Source: Nemertoderma westbladi
Lineage: Eukaryota > Animalia > Xenacoelomorpha
Direction: 5' to 3'
DNA length: 48,435 nucleotides
Assembly (NCBI GenBank): GCA_032718475.1
Contig: JAUCBJ010003736.1
Span: 1-48,435, forward strand
The notes below the pieces were generated by a model that worked only from the letters and a program-made list of their open reading frames with translations, did not search any database and was not told the origin of the DNA. Position numbers and translations under genes: made by a program. Positions 1 through 10,861 of the stretch are shown here, in pieces (position 1 is the first letter of the stretch; each line of letters begins with the position of its first letter).

Positions 1-390
1 TTTAAAAAAAACAAAATAAATTCACACTGTATAAAATATTATCTATTTATAGATCGATTTTACGATTAATTTACAATTAATAAAAATTGATAATAAATAT
101 GCATGGAATTAAAATAATGCATTGGTGGGTTGAATACCTAAGGTGCCATGTTTGTCTCCCAGAAGCAACAGTTCTCGTGGAGGTTGAATGAGACCTTTAT
201 GCATTCCGGCTTGGATAACGATGCCTAGAGGTGATGCAGGAATTGTGTACCGGTACTGTAGACAGGGGGTCGCTGAACTCCTGGCGGCGATCGTAGTATT
301 TGGGAATGAGGTAGCTTTTGTAGAGAAATCTTGTAGATTAGAGCATGGCTGGCTGAAACATTAGCGACGGTGGCACACACACAAAAGGGT

Positions 391-655
391 GGGTAGAGCA
401 AACAGGTTCGAAGAGTACCAGCCGTACCGAACTATTCGTCGGCAAGACGGACGTCAATGGATCGCGTTCAACCAATCACCAGAATCTGGTGCTTGGCAAC
501 CCTTAAGGTGGGATAAAGTGATGTTGTTACTGGTTGATATTAGGGTACTGTATGTACTGTAGTGCTGCCAGTTGGGATCGGATACGGGATCAAAGATCTT
601 TGGTTGCTTGGTTCAGAGATATCATTGGCGAGGAGGGAGAGAAGCGCTCCCATTA
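391..655 (+). repeat. 265-bp direct repeat, copy 1 (long target-site duplication of the RTE)
   Basis: gggtagagc...gcgctcccatta matches 1569-1833 with about 8 substitutions and equal length. Confidence 0.92.
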
Positions 656-1568
656 ATGTTCATGTAATCCTCATGATGATAACTCCACCTACTGGATCCA
701 GAAGTCGAGGAAATCCTGCCAAGTACCTAACTGATCTAGACTTTGCTGATGACTTAGGAGTACTCTCAGAATCACTAGAGGGAGCCCAATGGATCCTCAG
801 CTCATTAGAACATGCTGCTTCTAGTGTTGGTCTTTTTATTAACTCCAGAAAGACGACAATTTTGACAGTTAACTTTGAAAGTCCTCAGCAAGTCTCTGAT
901 CGGATGAGCATAAGCTCAAGGGATGGTATGCTTGAGCATGTGGACAACTTCTGTTTCCTGGGATCATGGATCCGGAAGTCAGGTGAGGACCTTCGAATAC
1001 GTAAGGGAAAGGCATGGGCAGCCTTGAATAGGCTTTCCAGGATTTGGAAGTCACCGAGAATTAATCGGAAACTTAAGGTCCGATTATTTAGAGCAGCAGT
1101 AGTTCCAGTACTCCTCTATGGGAGTCCATGCTGGACTCTAACTGCTGAGGATACCAAATCTCTGGATGGCACATTTACAAGAATGCTACGCCGGGTTCAT
1201 TGTGTCAAGTACAATGCACACATCTCCAACCAGACACTATATAACATTGGAGGTGTCTCATTGGTTCCCCCAAGCTTGACACTAGAACAAAATCGCCTCC
1301 GCTTTGCAGGACATTGCTTTCACCGTGAGGACCAGCCAGTGCATAATCTTGTACTTTGGCAGCCTCATGGAGTGAATAAGCATGGTGGACAGCCCATGAC
1401 TTTCTTGAGACGCATCTTAAAGGACACTGGTCTTGAAGATGCGGATGATCTAGCAAATGTCATGGGTGATAGGGAGTTGTGGCGGCGCAATTTTGTCGAC
1501 AAGCCGGCACAGCATTCTTAAAAATGCAGCTGCAATGCAGAATGCCGATACTAGTAGTAGTAGTAGTA
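656..1568 (+). mobile_element. 5'-truncated RTE-clade LINE: C-terminal RT/thumb region plus (TAG)n tail
   Basis: ORF 562-1521 has LTDLDFADD, VDNFCFLGS, KVRLFRAAVVPVLLYGS..W, RLRFAGHC and DRELWR. Tail tagtagtagtagtagtag at ~1552-1569. The first ~30 aa of the ORF come from the flanking duplication. Confidence 0.88.
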
Positions 1569-1833
1569 GGGTAGAGCCAACAGGTTCGAAGAGCAACAGC
1601 CATACCGAACTATTCGTCGGCAAGACGGACGTCAATGGATCGCGTTCAAGCAATCACCAGAACCTGGTGCTTGGCAACCCTTAAGGTGGGATAAAGTGAT
1701 GTTGTTACTGGTTGATATTAGGGTACTGTATGTACTGTAGTGCTGCCAGTTGGGATCGGATACGGGATCAATGATCTTTGGTTGCTTGGTTCGGAGATAT
1801 CATTGGCGAGGAGGGAGAGAAGCGCTCCCATTA
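1569..1833 (+). repeat. 265-bp direct repeat, copy 2
   Basis: Matches 391-655 and starts at the end of the (TAG)n tail. Confidence 0.92.
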
Positions 1834-2293
1834 CTCAACTGCTGCTCGATGGAACATAGGTCCATTCAAGTTTAAAATGATCGCGGAGGTTAGTTCGTGG
1901 TTGCATGCGGTGCAAGCAACTTGGGCAGTCAGGCTATTTGATGGGAAACCGAGGCCCCCAAACCGACAAGCAAGCCTGTGTCCAGCAGTCTGGAGTCAAG
2001 GACGTATTGGTCACATATCTTGGAGTGCCTACCTAACGCAGTTGTCAATGGGAACAATCAGGTAGGGAGCAGAAAAGGTTGGATAAGTTCTGAGGGTGTA
2101 CATAAGTCTAGGCATCACCAGACTTAGGAAGGAATATTGCATCATGATGTTTAAAGAGTTCCACTCTTACCCTAAACAGCTGGTGGCATCCGAGTTTATC
2201 ACTGAGGGTCAATTGTATTTTATTTATTAATCAAGCACGTTTAAGTAAAAACCTTACCGGTGGGTATGTCAGTGCCAAAGTATGTAAAAAAAC

Positions 2294-2485
2294 TGATGTA
2301 GATTTGTATTATCACATTATTATGTATAGAAAGTAGGCCATGGCCACTTCTAGGATATGATGTCAGATATACTACAGTACTGATATTCAGTAAATATATG
2401 TGGACAGCTTGACAGTCTGTAGCCTATTATCATGGTTGTTCTTACAATACCGATACCGGTATTATAGTTGTATACACTTACAACA
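2294..2485 (+). repeat. Gypsy 5' LTR (192 bp)
   Basis: tgatgtagat...acaaca, near-identical to 6661-6857 apart from a 5-bp indel and about 1 substitution. Confidence 0.95.
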
Positions 2486-2488
2486 AAT

Positions 2489-2505
2489 TGGCGCAGTGTG
2501 TAGGA
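2489..2505 (+). promoter_or_regulatory. Primer-binding site, tRNA-Ser-like
   Basis: tggcgcagtgtgtagga 3 nt after the LTR; resembles the complement of a tRNA-Ser 3' end. Confidence 0.75.
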
Positions 2506-2739
2506 TGGTTGACTACTGTTCCGACCTTGCCTATGGTTCATCCTGTGTATTTTGTCTACAACTATACAACGAACCATTGGCAACCCGTACCGGTACCTAA
2601 TGCTGTAACCAGGTAACCGGCTGACCGGTAACCTACAGACCTACCTACATAATAACTATAACTTCTGCATTTCAACTTTCAAAGGTGAATAGTGCTGTAG
2701 TGCTTTTGATTGTATAATATGGCTGCAGCACACCAACAG

Positions 2740-5700
2740 GTAAACCAAAATGTTACCTGATTGTTTCTGGCTTATATTGGCAATGCAAATAATTTTCGCA
2801 CCGCTAAAACGGCGTTGGACCTGGCAATTCCGGAAATTCAGCGAAACAATGGCGATTCCGATCAAAAATATCAGGTACGTCTAGATAATCGAGAGATAAA
2901 AATGTCAAAATTCTTCCTTGTAAATTGTGGAATTCTGGAATTCAAGTAGCTAAGAAGGTTAACCAGCTTACATTACCGGTAGAACCTACTACTGTAAAGT
3001 TTAGTGAATTGGAACGGTTACTCCGCCGGTATGGTATAGGCTATAGAACCTGTGCGAAATATTCCCAGGGAGTGTGCTATTTTTTTCCGGTTGAAACAAA
3101 GTTCTTCCGAATCGGTTCAGGATTTTGTAGCCCGAATTAGTGAATCGGCTGCCCATTGTGAGTTTCATGCTGATGATTGTGAAACGAACATGAAAGCAGT
3201 TGTGAATTGTACTCAAACAATTTCTAAACCGCCGCCATTAATGGTTAAAGTTGATATATATGGCAAATTCATTGAGTTTCAGCTAGATGAAGGAGTTAAT
3301 TTTGCTGTAATGAATGAGGATTACTTTCGTTCTCAATTCCCTAATCATGAAGTTAAAAATGCTTCCAAATATGTGCTTACTGTTTTCTTTAATGGTACAA
3401 GTCGTGCTAGTGGTCTTGTGTCTGTTAAGATGAAAGTAAATGGACATTCATTTATAGGTGAATTATTACTTCTCAAGGAACCAATTTCTCCTTTATTTGG
3501 CAGAAATCTTGTATTTGTTGCAAATGTTGGTGTTGATGCCTTGTTAGATGCTAGGCAAACCCAGTTAAATACTGGTAATTGTTATGTTCGTAAATTGAGT
3601 GAAAGCCTTGCATGTGTCAATACCAATCATGAGCAAATTTCTGCAAAGATAGCATTTTGAGGGTTGGCAAAGTTGGCTTTGAGGGAAGTTTTTGCAGTAT
3701 TCGATACAAAGTTCGAAGTGTTCCTATATGATTGCGTGAAAAAACTGTGGAAGCTTTAGAACAGGAAGTAAGTGATGGTAAATATATCAAAGTGTTTGAG
3801 TCCAATTGTGCATCTCCTATAGTGATTGTGCCTAAACCAGATGGTAGTGTGGCGAGTCTGTGGCGACTACTCAATGTCAATAAATGCTCAAATGAAGAAT
3901 GTAATTGTACCCATTCCCACATTTGATGATGTTGTGAACAATTTGCCACCTAAAATTTGTTATATATCTAAATTAGATTTGAAGTCAGCATATCACCAAA
4001 TTCCTATTTCTGAAAATTCCCAGAAAAAGTTGACTATTATTACACCTATTGGGTTGTTACAACCAACACCTCTGCCATACGGTGTGAAACCCGGTACTGC
4101 GATTTGTCAGGTAACTATGCAGAATTTATTTGGAGATATTCCTGGTGTACAACCAATTATTGATGATATTCTTATTACTTCGGCAACCATTGACGAACAT
4201 CTTTGTTCTTTAGAGCTTGTATTTCAGTGATGTCGTGAAAGAAAGGTTGTATTGCAGGTTAATAAATGTGAATTACTAAATAGTAGTGTTTCATTTTTTG
4301 GCCATGAAGTATCTATAGAGGGCATTCGTCCAGACAAGCGGAGAGTTGAGGCTCTCTTGGCTCTGCAACCACCAATTTCTAATGTAAAAAACTTGAAAAA
4401 GTTTGTCCAAAGTTTACTGGGTCAATTTAATTAATTGAGGCGATTTGTTCCTTATTTTGCTTCAATTTGTCAACCTCTGTATACATTGCTTAAAGATGAC
4501 AGTGAACATAACTTGTCTTCTGAACAAGATGAAGCTTTAAATAAGCTGAAAGAAGCGATTGCTAAGCAAACATTGTTAAATTATTTCAATCCATCCGCTA
4601 CTACTGTAGTGACATCTGATGGTGGTCCTGGAGGTGTGGGTGCTGTTCTTAGTCAAAGAAGACCAGGTTCTGATGAAGAAATTATAGGCTTTGCTTCTGT
4701 GACTATACCGAAAGCACAAATTTATATGCATCAACAGGATCGAGAAGCCTATACAATTCATTTTGCTTGTTCGTATTTTTCTGACTATCTTCTCCGCAGA
4801 AAGTTTATTTTAAAGGTTGACAACAGAGCACTTGAGTATGTTCTTAAGTCAGACAGAAAGCTACCTGTTGTGACATATCCAAACTTCATCGCTGGAGAAT
4901 CGATTTGTTGCAGTACAAATTCACAACAGAGCGTGTTACCAGTGAAAATAATGAGGCTGATATTTTCAGTCGGAGTCCTTTATAGAGAGGGACGTCACAG
5001 AAGAACTTGTCCCAGTTCGTGCAATTGAGATTAGAGCAGCTCAGATTTTAAATGATGTACCGATTAATAGACAAGACTTGGAACAAGAGACAGAAGAAGA
5101 TGTCTAATTGTTTAGTGTAGAATTATAAAACAAGTGTTAGATGGTGTCAATGTTACAAACAAAATCTACCGTACAATGAGTGACCAACAATGAGTGTTCA
5201 TTCTGGACTTTTATTTTATAATGATCGGATTGTGGTTCCAACGAGTTTACGAGATAATGTATTGGGTATGTTACATGGTGATCACGTGGGTAAATCAGTG
5301 ATGATTGAACGAGCCAAGCATTATATATTCTGGCCTGGTGTTAATCACGCCATTGAACTATATGCCAAGTCTTGTGAGCCATGTGCTAAGTTTAATTCCG
5401 CTAATAAGAAAGTAGTGGAGCCATTATTTCAAACCACCAAACCATTTGAGCGAGTTCATATTGACCTTTGTGAAATATGTAGTAAGCAGATTCTAGTCTG
5501 TGTTGATTCATTTTCATTGTGGCCTGAAGTTTATGTGTGTGGCCCAACAGCAGAACTCTTCTCGAGTCGTACAGCTGATGGAGAGATTTATTGCAACTTA
5601 GGTAGTTGCAACATGTTATTTTCTGATAATGGTCCACAATTTGCTTCGACTAAATTTAACTTGTTTTCAAACATTATGGTATTGCTCATGATGATAATCC

Positions 5701-6423
5701 AGCTCCTTACCACCCAAATTCAAATGGAGCTGCTGAGCGACAAGTACAGTATATTCAAAAGGGGTCGAGGAAGATCATGACAGCTGCAAGCACTAATATT
5801 ACATCCGCTGTCAATCAATTTTTGTTAGAGATTCGAAGCGCTCCACGACGTTGTCTAGATAACAAAGCACCATCCGATATGATATATTCTTACAAGTTTC
5901 GTTTGGTCCTAGATGGTCTGACTGAGAAACTGGAACCATATATATTCACTGCAATATCAGAAAAGTTTCAGCAGAATGATGCAGTGTATGTCAAAGTATA
6001 CAATTATGGTAAGGCAACATGGATGGCTGGTCGAATTGAAAGTCAGATATCTCCAACGATGTTCCATGTTAGAGTCAGTGATGTAGTGGTTCACCGTCAC
6101 ATTGACCAATTAAAGGTGAGAGAAACTCCCTTTTCACGCGATTTTCCAGATATGGTGAGTGATAAACATGATGCTATAGCCCAATCTCCATCACCCCGGC
6201 ATAGGGCTATGTATTCATAATCTGATGGTGGTATCCCTCCAAATCCTGGAGCTTCTATCCTTACTACTGAGCAAAGCTCTGGTCATCCATCTTCGATGCC
6301 TGTTGTTCCGGTTGGTGGTTCTAGTCAAACTGTGGAATCGCAAGTGACGTCATTGGTTACCCCAGCAACTGTTAAAAGATACCCCCAGTGATCAAATCGG
6401 GGAAAGCCACCAGACTGACTGTA
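2740..6423 (+). pseudogene. Gypsy gag-pol with multiple stops and frameshifts
   Basis: Gag FFRLKQ..ESVQDFVARI; protease FQLDEG; RT SPIVIVPKPDG, LDLKSAYHQIP, LPYGV, IIDD; RNase H TSDGGPGGVGAVLSQ; integrase HGDH..CEPC, VHIDL, SDNGPQF. Confidence 0.93.
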
Positions 6424-6649
6424 AAGTTCCTCAGCACAAAAAACTTGATTCGCTATAAACTACTCATAGTGATTAATTCAAGAACTTTGAATATAATTGA
6501 ATCTACTTACAACTTTTATTAGAATTTATCTACTTACATTTAAATTTCTTACATTTAAATTTGAACTAAGTCAGGATTGTATACTTATAGTTAGCGCCCT
6601 GACTATTAACTCCTATTGGAAATTGTTTCTACATGTCTCAATTATTTTT

Positions 6650-6660
6650 AGGGGGAGTAT
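6650..6660 (+). promoter_or_regulatory. Polypurine tract of the Gypsy element
   Basis: agggggagtat immediately before the 3' LTR. Confidence 0.85.
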
Positions 6661-6857
6661 TGATGTAGATTTGTATTATCACATTATTATGTATATAAAG
6701 TAGGCCATGGCCACTTCTAGGATATGATGTCAGATATACTACAGTACTGATATTCAGTAAATATATGTGGACAGCTTGACAGTCTGTAGCCTATTATCAT
6801 GGTTGTTCTTACAATACCGATACCGGTATTATAGTTGTATACACTTGGTCTACAACA
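6661..6857 (+). repeat. Gypsy 3' LTR (197 bp)
   Basis: Matches 2294-2485. Confidence 0.95.
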
Positions 6858-7428
6858 AAAACTAAAAAGCAACAACACCTAAACATTCCATGCAATCAGT
6901 GATCAGCTGTCACCTGCCTCTACTTACCAATCCTATCCAAAATAATTGAGCGAGTGGTATACTGTATGACCAAGTTTATACATATTATATAACAAGCAAA
7001 ATCATATCGAAGCTCCAATCAGGATTTCTCAATAGTAATATATATAATTTAGATAACTATTTTATATCTGTACTGTTGAGCAAACTCTACATAAATTCCA
7101 ACCTGTGTATCGCCGGTAGTGCTGTTGCTGCAGTGCTGTGCAAGTGTGCTGAAGTGCTAGTTGCCACCGGTCAGCCGGTACCGGTAGTAGGGTGGTACCT
7201 ACGGTGTGCACTACAACGGCAGTACAGCAATACGGTGTACCGTGCCAATGACTGAATGATTAGCGGTAACTATCTAAACTATTATATTATTATTACCGGT
7301 GCCGGTACTGGGCTATTAGGCCTAAACTATAATCACCGCAAGGGTTGCCAGGGCCATGTTTAATTAGATTACATGATATGGCATGTCTGCAGTGTATGGT
7401 ACCGGCTGACCAGTATTGCAGTATTGAC

Positions 7429-8593
7429 TGTTTGCGCTTTTAAGACCTTTGACAGTTTAACCTGCCAAATTAGGATGTCTTTTAGATGATATATAGTCTT
7501 TAGCTTATGACGAGTATTTGATACACTACATTAGCCGAAGCCAGTCTATGCGCATTCATTCACCCGCTGGATATACCCGGGAGACTGAATTCGGAAGCTT
7601 AATGATTGATGGTGTAAGCCTACTGTATTATTCGACTGATCGTAATATATAATCTCTGACAAATATTATTCACTTTCGGGAAATATTAACAGTTCCTTTA
7701 GGACGTGGCGCTCTAAATATATAAACAGAGTTATGACTTAAACTAGACACAACGAAAGGCTATAGATTAACGTATATGGCGCATTCTTTAGGAGATGCTT
7801 TGTTATCAGTTACAATCATACACAATGCTGCACAATACTGCATACTAATCTGCCGACCTTCACTAATTTTAGTCACGTATAAAGAGAGCAACATACAATT
7901 TATGTAGGGCCTATGAAATAGCATTAGATTCACTTCAAACCACTTAACATAGGTCGCAATCGTTTATATGTAACCGGTCTCTCTAACCTTTAGTATATCA
8001 AGAAGATTGGGGTGTCTGACTATTGATCAGTATTCCGATATAATATTTCATCCACAAATATAATGAATAACCGACAGTAAAAGCAGTAATATTAGTAAGA
8101 TATGGTAAGATAACTCGGTTTGTTGAGTTATGTAACTCGGTAACTCGATAACAGATATACTTTCTATAATTAAGCCTACTAATGTTAAACTAAAGAATGC
8201 TGATACACGGAAGTGCCAAAAGCCGGTGTTCTTAGGCTCTGGGCAAAAACATAACACTGAACTACTGAGTTTCTGTATCCAACTCCAACACAGAGTCAAA
8301 AAACGCTCTGATTGGTCGACCGAGCAAAGAGAGAACAAAGAACAAAGAAAGGTTCGACGTGGCAATATCAGCTGTTAGCCGTCGTCATGGTAGCGACACT
8401 GTTTTCAAGAGGATCTAGCTTATTGCGTCACGAGATTGCGGATTATGTCCTCTAAAGTACAAATACAGAAGAAATCACTTTTATGTCCTCTAAAACACCA
8501 GTACAGTAAGGACACGGCCTTTTTATGCCTGGTAAACCAACTACAGAGTACTTTACGGGAAAATAACCGGTTAATTACGCAAAAGCTTTTACA
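7429..8593 (-). repeat. BEL/Pao 3' LTR (1165 bp)
   Basis: Matches 31297-32423 with about 4 substitutions and one 38-bp indel. Purine-rich gggagcgg abuts it on the minus strand (8594-8601, PPT). Confidence 0.96.
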
Positions 8594-8671
8594 CCGCTCC
8601 CAGAAAATGGGATTTAAGTCTATAAAATATAACAAATCACAGTTTCTAAAATATAAAAATACTCTAAACAG

Positions 8672-10855
8672 TTAGTCTTTCTTACGCGGACGGCGTTTAC
8701 GCAGTTTTTTGAGGCTAGCAAGAGTCCTTTTCTCTTTGGGGCGAGCCACTTTACTAGGAGGGCTGTAACTCCTGGGTGAAGGGTGCAATACAATTGCATC
8801 AGAAGGTTTCGGATTGCGATCGGTGTATCCGCCGGTCGAGGTACCTGGTTGATCGATATCAACTTCAGCGGAGCGAGGTCTAATGGCCTTTAGGGCGCGT
8901 CTTAGGACAGCAGCTCCTACTGGTCCTTGACGGGTCGTCTGGACAACGGCGGTAGGCGGACCATGAGTGGTGAGAAACTTCCTTGGTTTAATAGTTCTTT
9001 CCAGCTCACGTTCTCTGGCTCGATATTCGTAGGGCCGTCGAGATACTTCCTGTAACTCAGGGTGCGAGTTGATAAATAAATCGCCATACTCAGGGTCTTG
9101 ACGGATATAATTGATCAAATGGTATGAAGTAATATCGTTAGGATTGACGTTCCTAAGATATCTTCGAACAAATTTGGTGGAAATACACTCACCAACACGC
9201 TTCATTAGCTCGTAACTCGGTATGCGTGTTTTTTGTTCCACAGACGCTAATAAATAAGGATGGAACGCGTAAACTCCCTCGTAAGAGCGTCCAGGGTAGT
9301 ATCGATGATGGGACTCACAATGTAAATCCGCATTCGCTTCCCAAGCTCGGATGTAGCGCAGGGTAATCATTTCATCTACGCTCTCTAAATCGTGATTAAA
9401 GGGGCAATTATAACTGGCATGTCCTTTAAGTTGACAGTGGTGGCATTGAGTCATAAATTGGGGGCAGACTGCAAAAATATGAGAGTTATTAAGTCTGCAA
9501 TACGCACAATATATCTCCATCATCGGTTGTTCGTGGAAATAGGAGCAGGGTACGTCTGAGTCCATAGGGGTGAAATGGTCTCTCGATGCGCATAATCGAC
9601 AACGTTTTCGAGAAACATAGTTAGCGTGTCGATAATCGTATGCGGTGAGACATTGTGGACCTTGATACCACTCTAAGACGTAGTCGTTATCGCTGCTCCG
9701 GGGCGCTGTAGGCTGAATCGCTTCAGCTTCTAAGCATATTGGTTCGTCTTCCAATTGCATAGCTGAGGTAGGTGCGGCTGTCTCCGCAAGCGGACCCACT
9801 GTCTGAACTTCGACGACAGAATAACCCGTGGGTATTCGGGGTCTTTGTATAACAGATGAATGTAAGTTCTGTATACAAATGTCCTGAAAAAGGGCAAATC
9901 CCGCGCTGTTTAGCTTCTCCGCCGCTGAGTCTCTCAGGCTGAGTTTGGTCAGAGCGCGGTCCTTGAACTGACTATCAACGTTACGGAATGGAGTCAGAAA
10001 GCGCCTGAAACATTCAAAGCGGATGAATTTATTGTGTTCATCTAACTTGGCGAGTTTGGTTCCAAGTATTAAGGGATGGGCGCGTATGGTACAACTGCAC
10101 ACATCGGCTAGCCAACCGGCAAGTGCTGCGTTTTCAAAGATCGTGTATATAGCTAAGGAGGGACGAAGTGGAACACTCATAAAGCTATACACGGCGCCAG
10201 GTGCGGTCAATGGTCCATCAAAGTATAAACGAGAATAGTGATCTCCGTATACTTGTTGGTAATTTATAGGATTTCCAACCTTGAAATTCCATCCGTATTC
10301 TTGAAAAGCAAGATGTCCGATGGAGGTTCGTTGTACTTTAGTAATTCCGCTAGGTGTATTGGCATACATAGTGCGGAAGAAACCTCGGCCTTCTGCCCAA
10401 GGAGCAATCAGCTGAGTATCAACGAAGGGGTATGGAATGTTCTCCATATTCCGAAAGTCGTTCTGTAGGTCTCCATAAACAGCTGAGCCGATTTTAAGGA
10501 TTCCTTCATTAAACAACATCTCGAGAACGGGTTGGGGTAACATCGATCCATCGATACCCATGGCCGGTTTGCGCTCGGTGTCGGTGACGTAACGCTGCGC
10601 GAGTTCAAATTGTCCATGTCGGAGTTTCTTTTGTGTCTCAGTAAGAGTTTCAAAAGAATAATCAATAACGTCGGAACACGCTCGAGTAAATACGTGGGTA
10701 GAACCAGCGAGTCCTCGTATATGTATCATCCGCGTAGTTCCAAGTTCTCCAACCGGAACGCTACCTTCGTTATCGTAAGTGACAACTACATATATCTCGA
10801 TAACGTTAAGAGTTTCGTTCCACTCTTTTGTGGCGTTTTCTAGTGTCATTCCCAC
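8672..10855 (-). CDS. Accessory ORF-B: DEDDy/DnaQ-like 3'-5' exonuclease domain, CCHC zinc knuckles and basic C-terminus
   Basis: 727 open codons (first ATG at 10849). ExoI-like VVVTYDNEG, ExoII-like LPQPVLEMLFNEGILKIGSAVYGD, FVDTQ, SIGHLA, ExoIII-like PLRPSLAIYTIFE. Cys/His motifs CRLCASRDH, CAYCRLNNSHIFAVC, CHHCQLKGHASYNC. Tail KKLRKRRPRKKD. Confidence 0.75.
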   Translation of the reverse strand: MGMTLENATKEWNETLNVIEIYVVVTYDNEGSVPVGELGTTRMIHIRGLAGSTHVFTRACSDVIDYSFETLTETQKKLRHGQFELAQRYVTDTERKPAMGIDGSMLPQPVLEMLFNEGILKIGSAVYGDLQNDFRNMENIPYPFVDTQLIAPWAEGRGFFRTMYANTPSGITKVQRTSIGHLAFQEYGWNFKVGNPINYQQVYGDHYSRLYFDGPLTAPGAVYSFMSVPLRPSLAIYTIFENAALAGWLADVCSCTIRAHPLILGTKLAKLDEHNKFIRFECFRRFLTPFRNVDSQFKDRALTKLSLRDSAAEKLNSAGFALFQDICIQNLHSSVIQRPRIPTGYSVVEVQTVGPLAETAAPTSAMQLEDEPICLEAEAIQPTAPRSSDNDYVLEWYQGPQCLTAYDYRHANYVSRKRCRLCASRDHFTPMDSDVPCSYFHEQPMMEIYCAYCRLNNSHIFAVCPQFMTQCHHCQLKGHASYNCPFNHDLESVDEMITLRYIRAWEANADLHCESHHRYYPGRSYEGVYAFHPYLLASVEQKTRIPSYELMKRVGECISTKFVRRYLRNVNPNDITSYHLINYIRQDPEYGDLFINSHPELQEVSRRPYEYRARERELERTIKPRKFLTTHGPPTAVVQTTRQGPVGAAVLRRALKAIRPRSAEVDIDQPGTSTGGYTDRNPKPSDAIVLHPSPRSYSPPSKVARPKEKRTLASLKKLRKRRPRKKD

Positions 10856-10861
10856 AGGATG

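Larger units (their letters stand above)
120..2200 (-). mobile_element. Degenerate non-LTR retrotransposon relic, CRE/restriction-like-endonuclease type, interrupted by the RTE insertion
   Basis: Manual minus-strand translation gives broken motifs LTPDCWTQACL..RFGGLGFPSNSLTAQVA (~1920-2000), LKGCQAPDSGDWLNAI (~460-510 and its duplicate) and PFCVC...SHALI (~340-390), the typical post-RT order of such elements. Boundaries approximate. Confidence 0.5.
2294..6857 (+). mobile_element. Ty3/gypsy LTR retrotransposon (Mag-like), full length, decayed
   Basis: TG...CA LTRs, 5-bp TSD aaaac (2289-2293 / 6858-6862), PBS, PPT, and domain order PR-RT-RH-IN. Confidence 0.95.
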
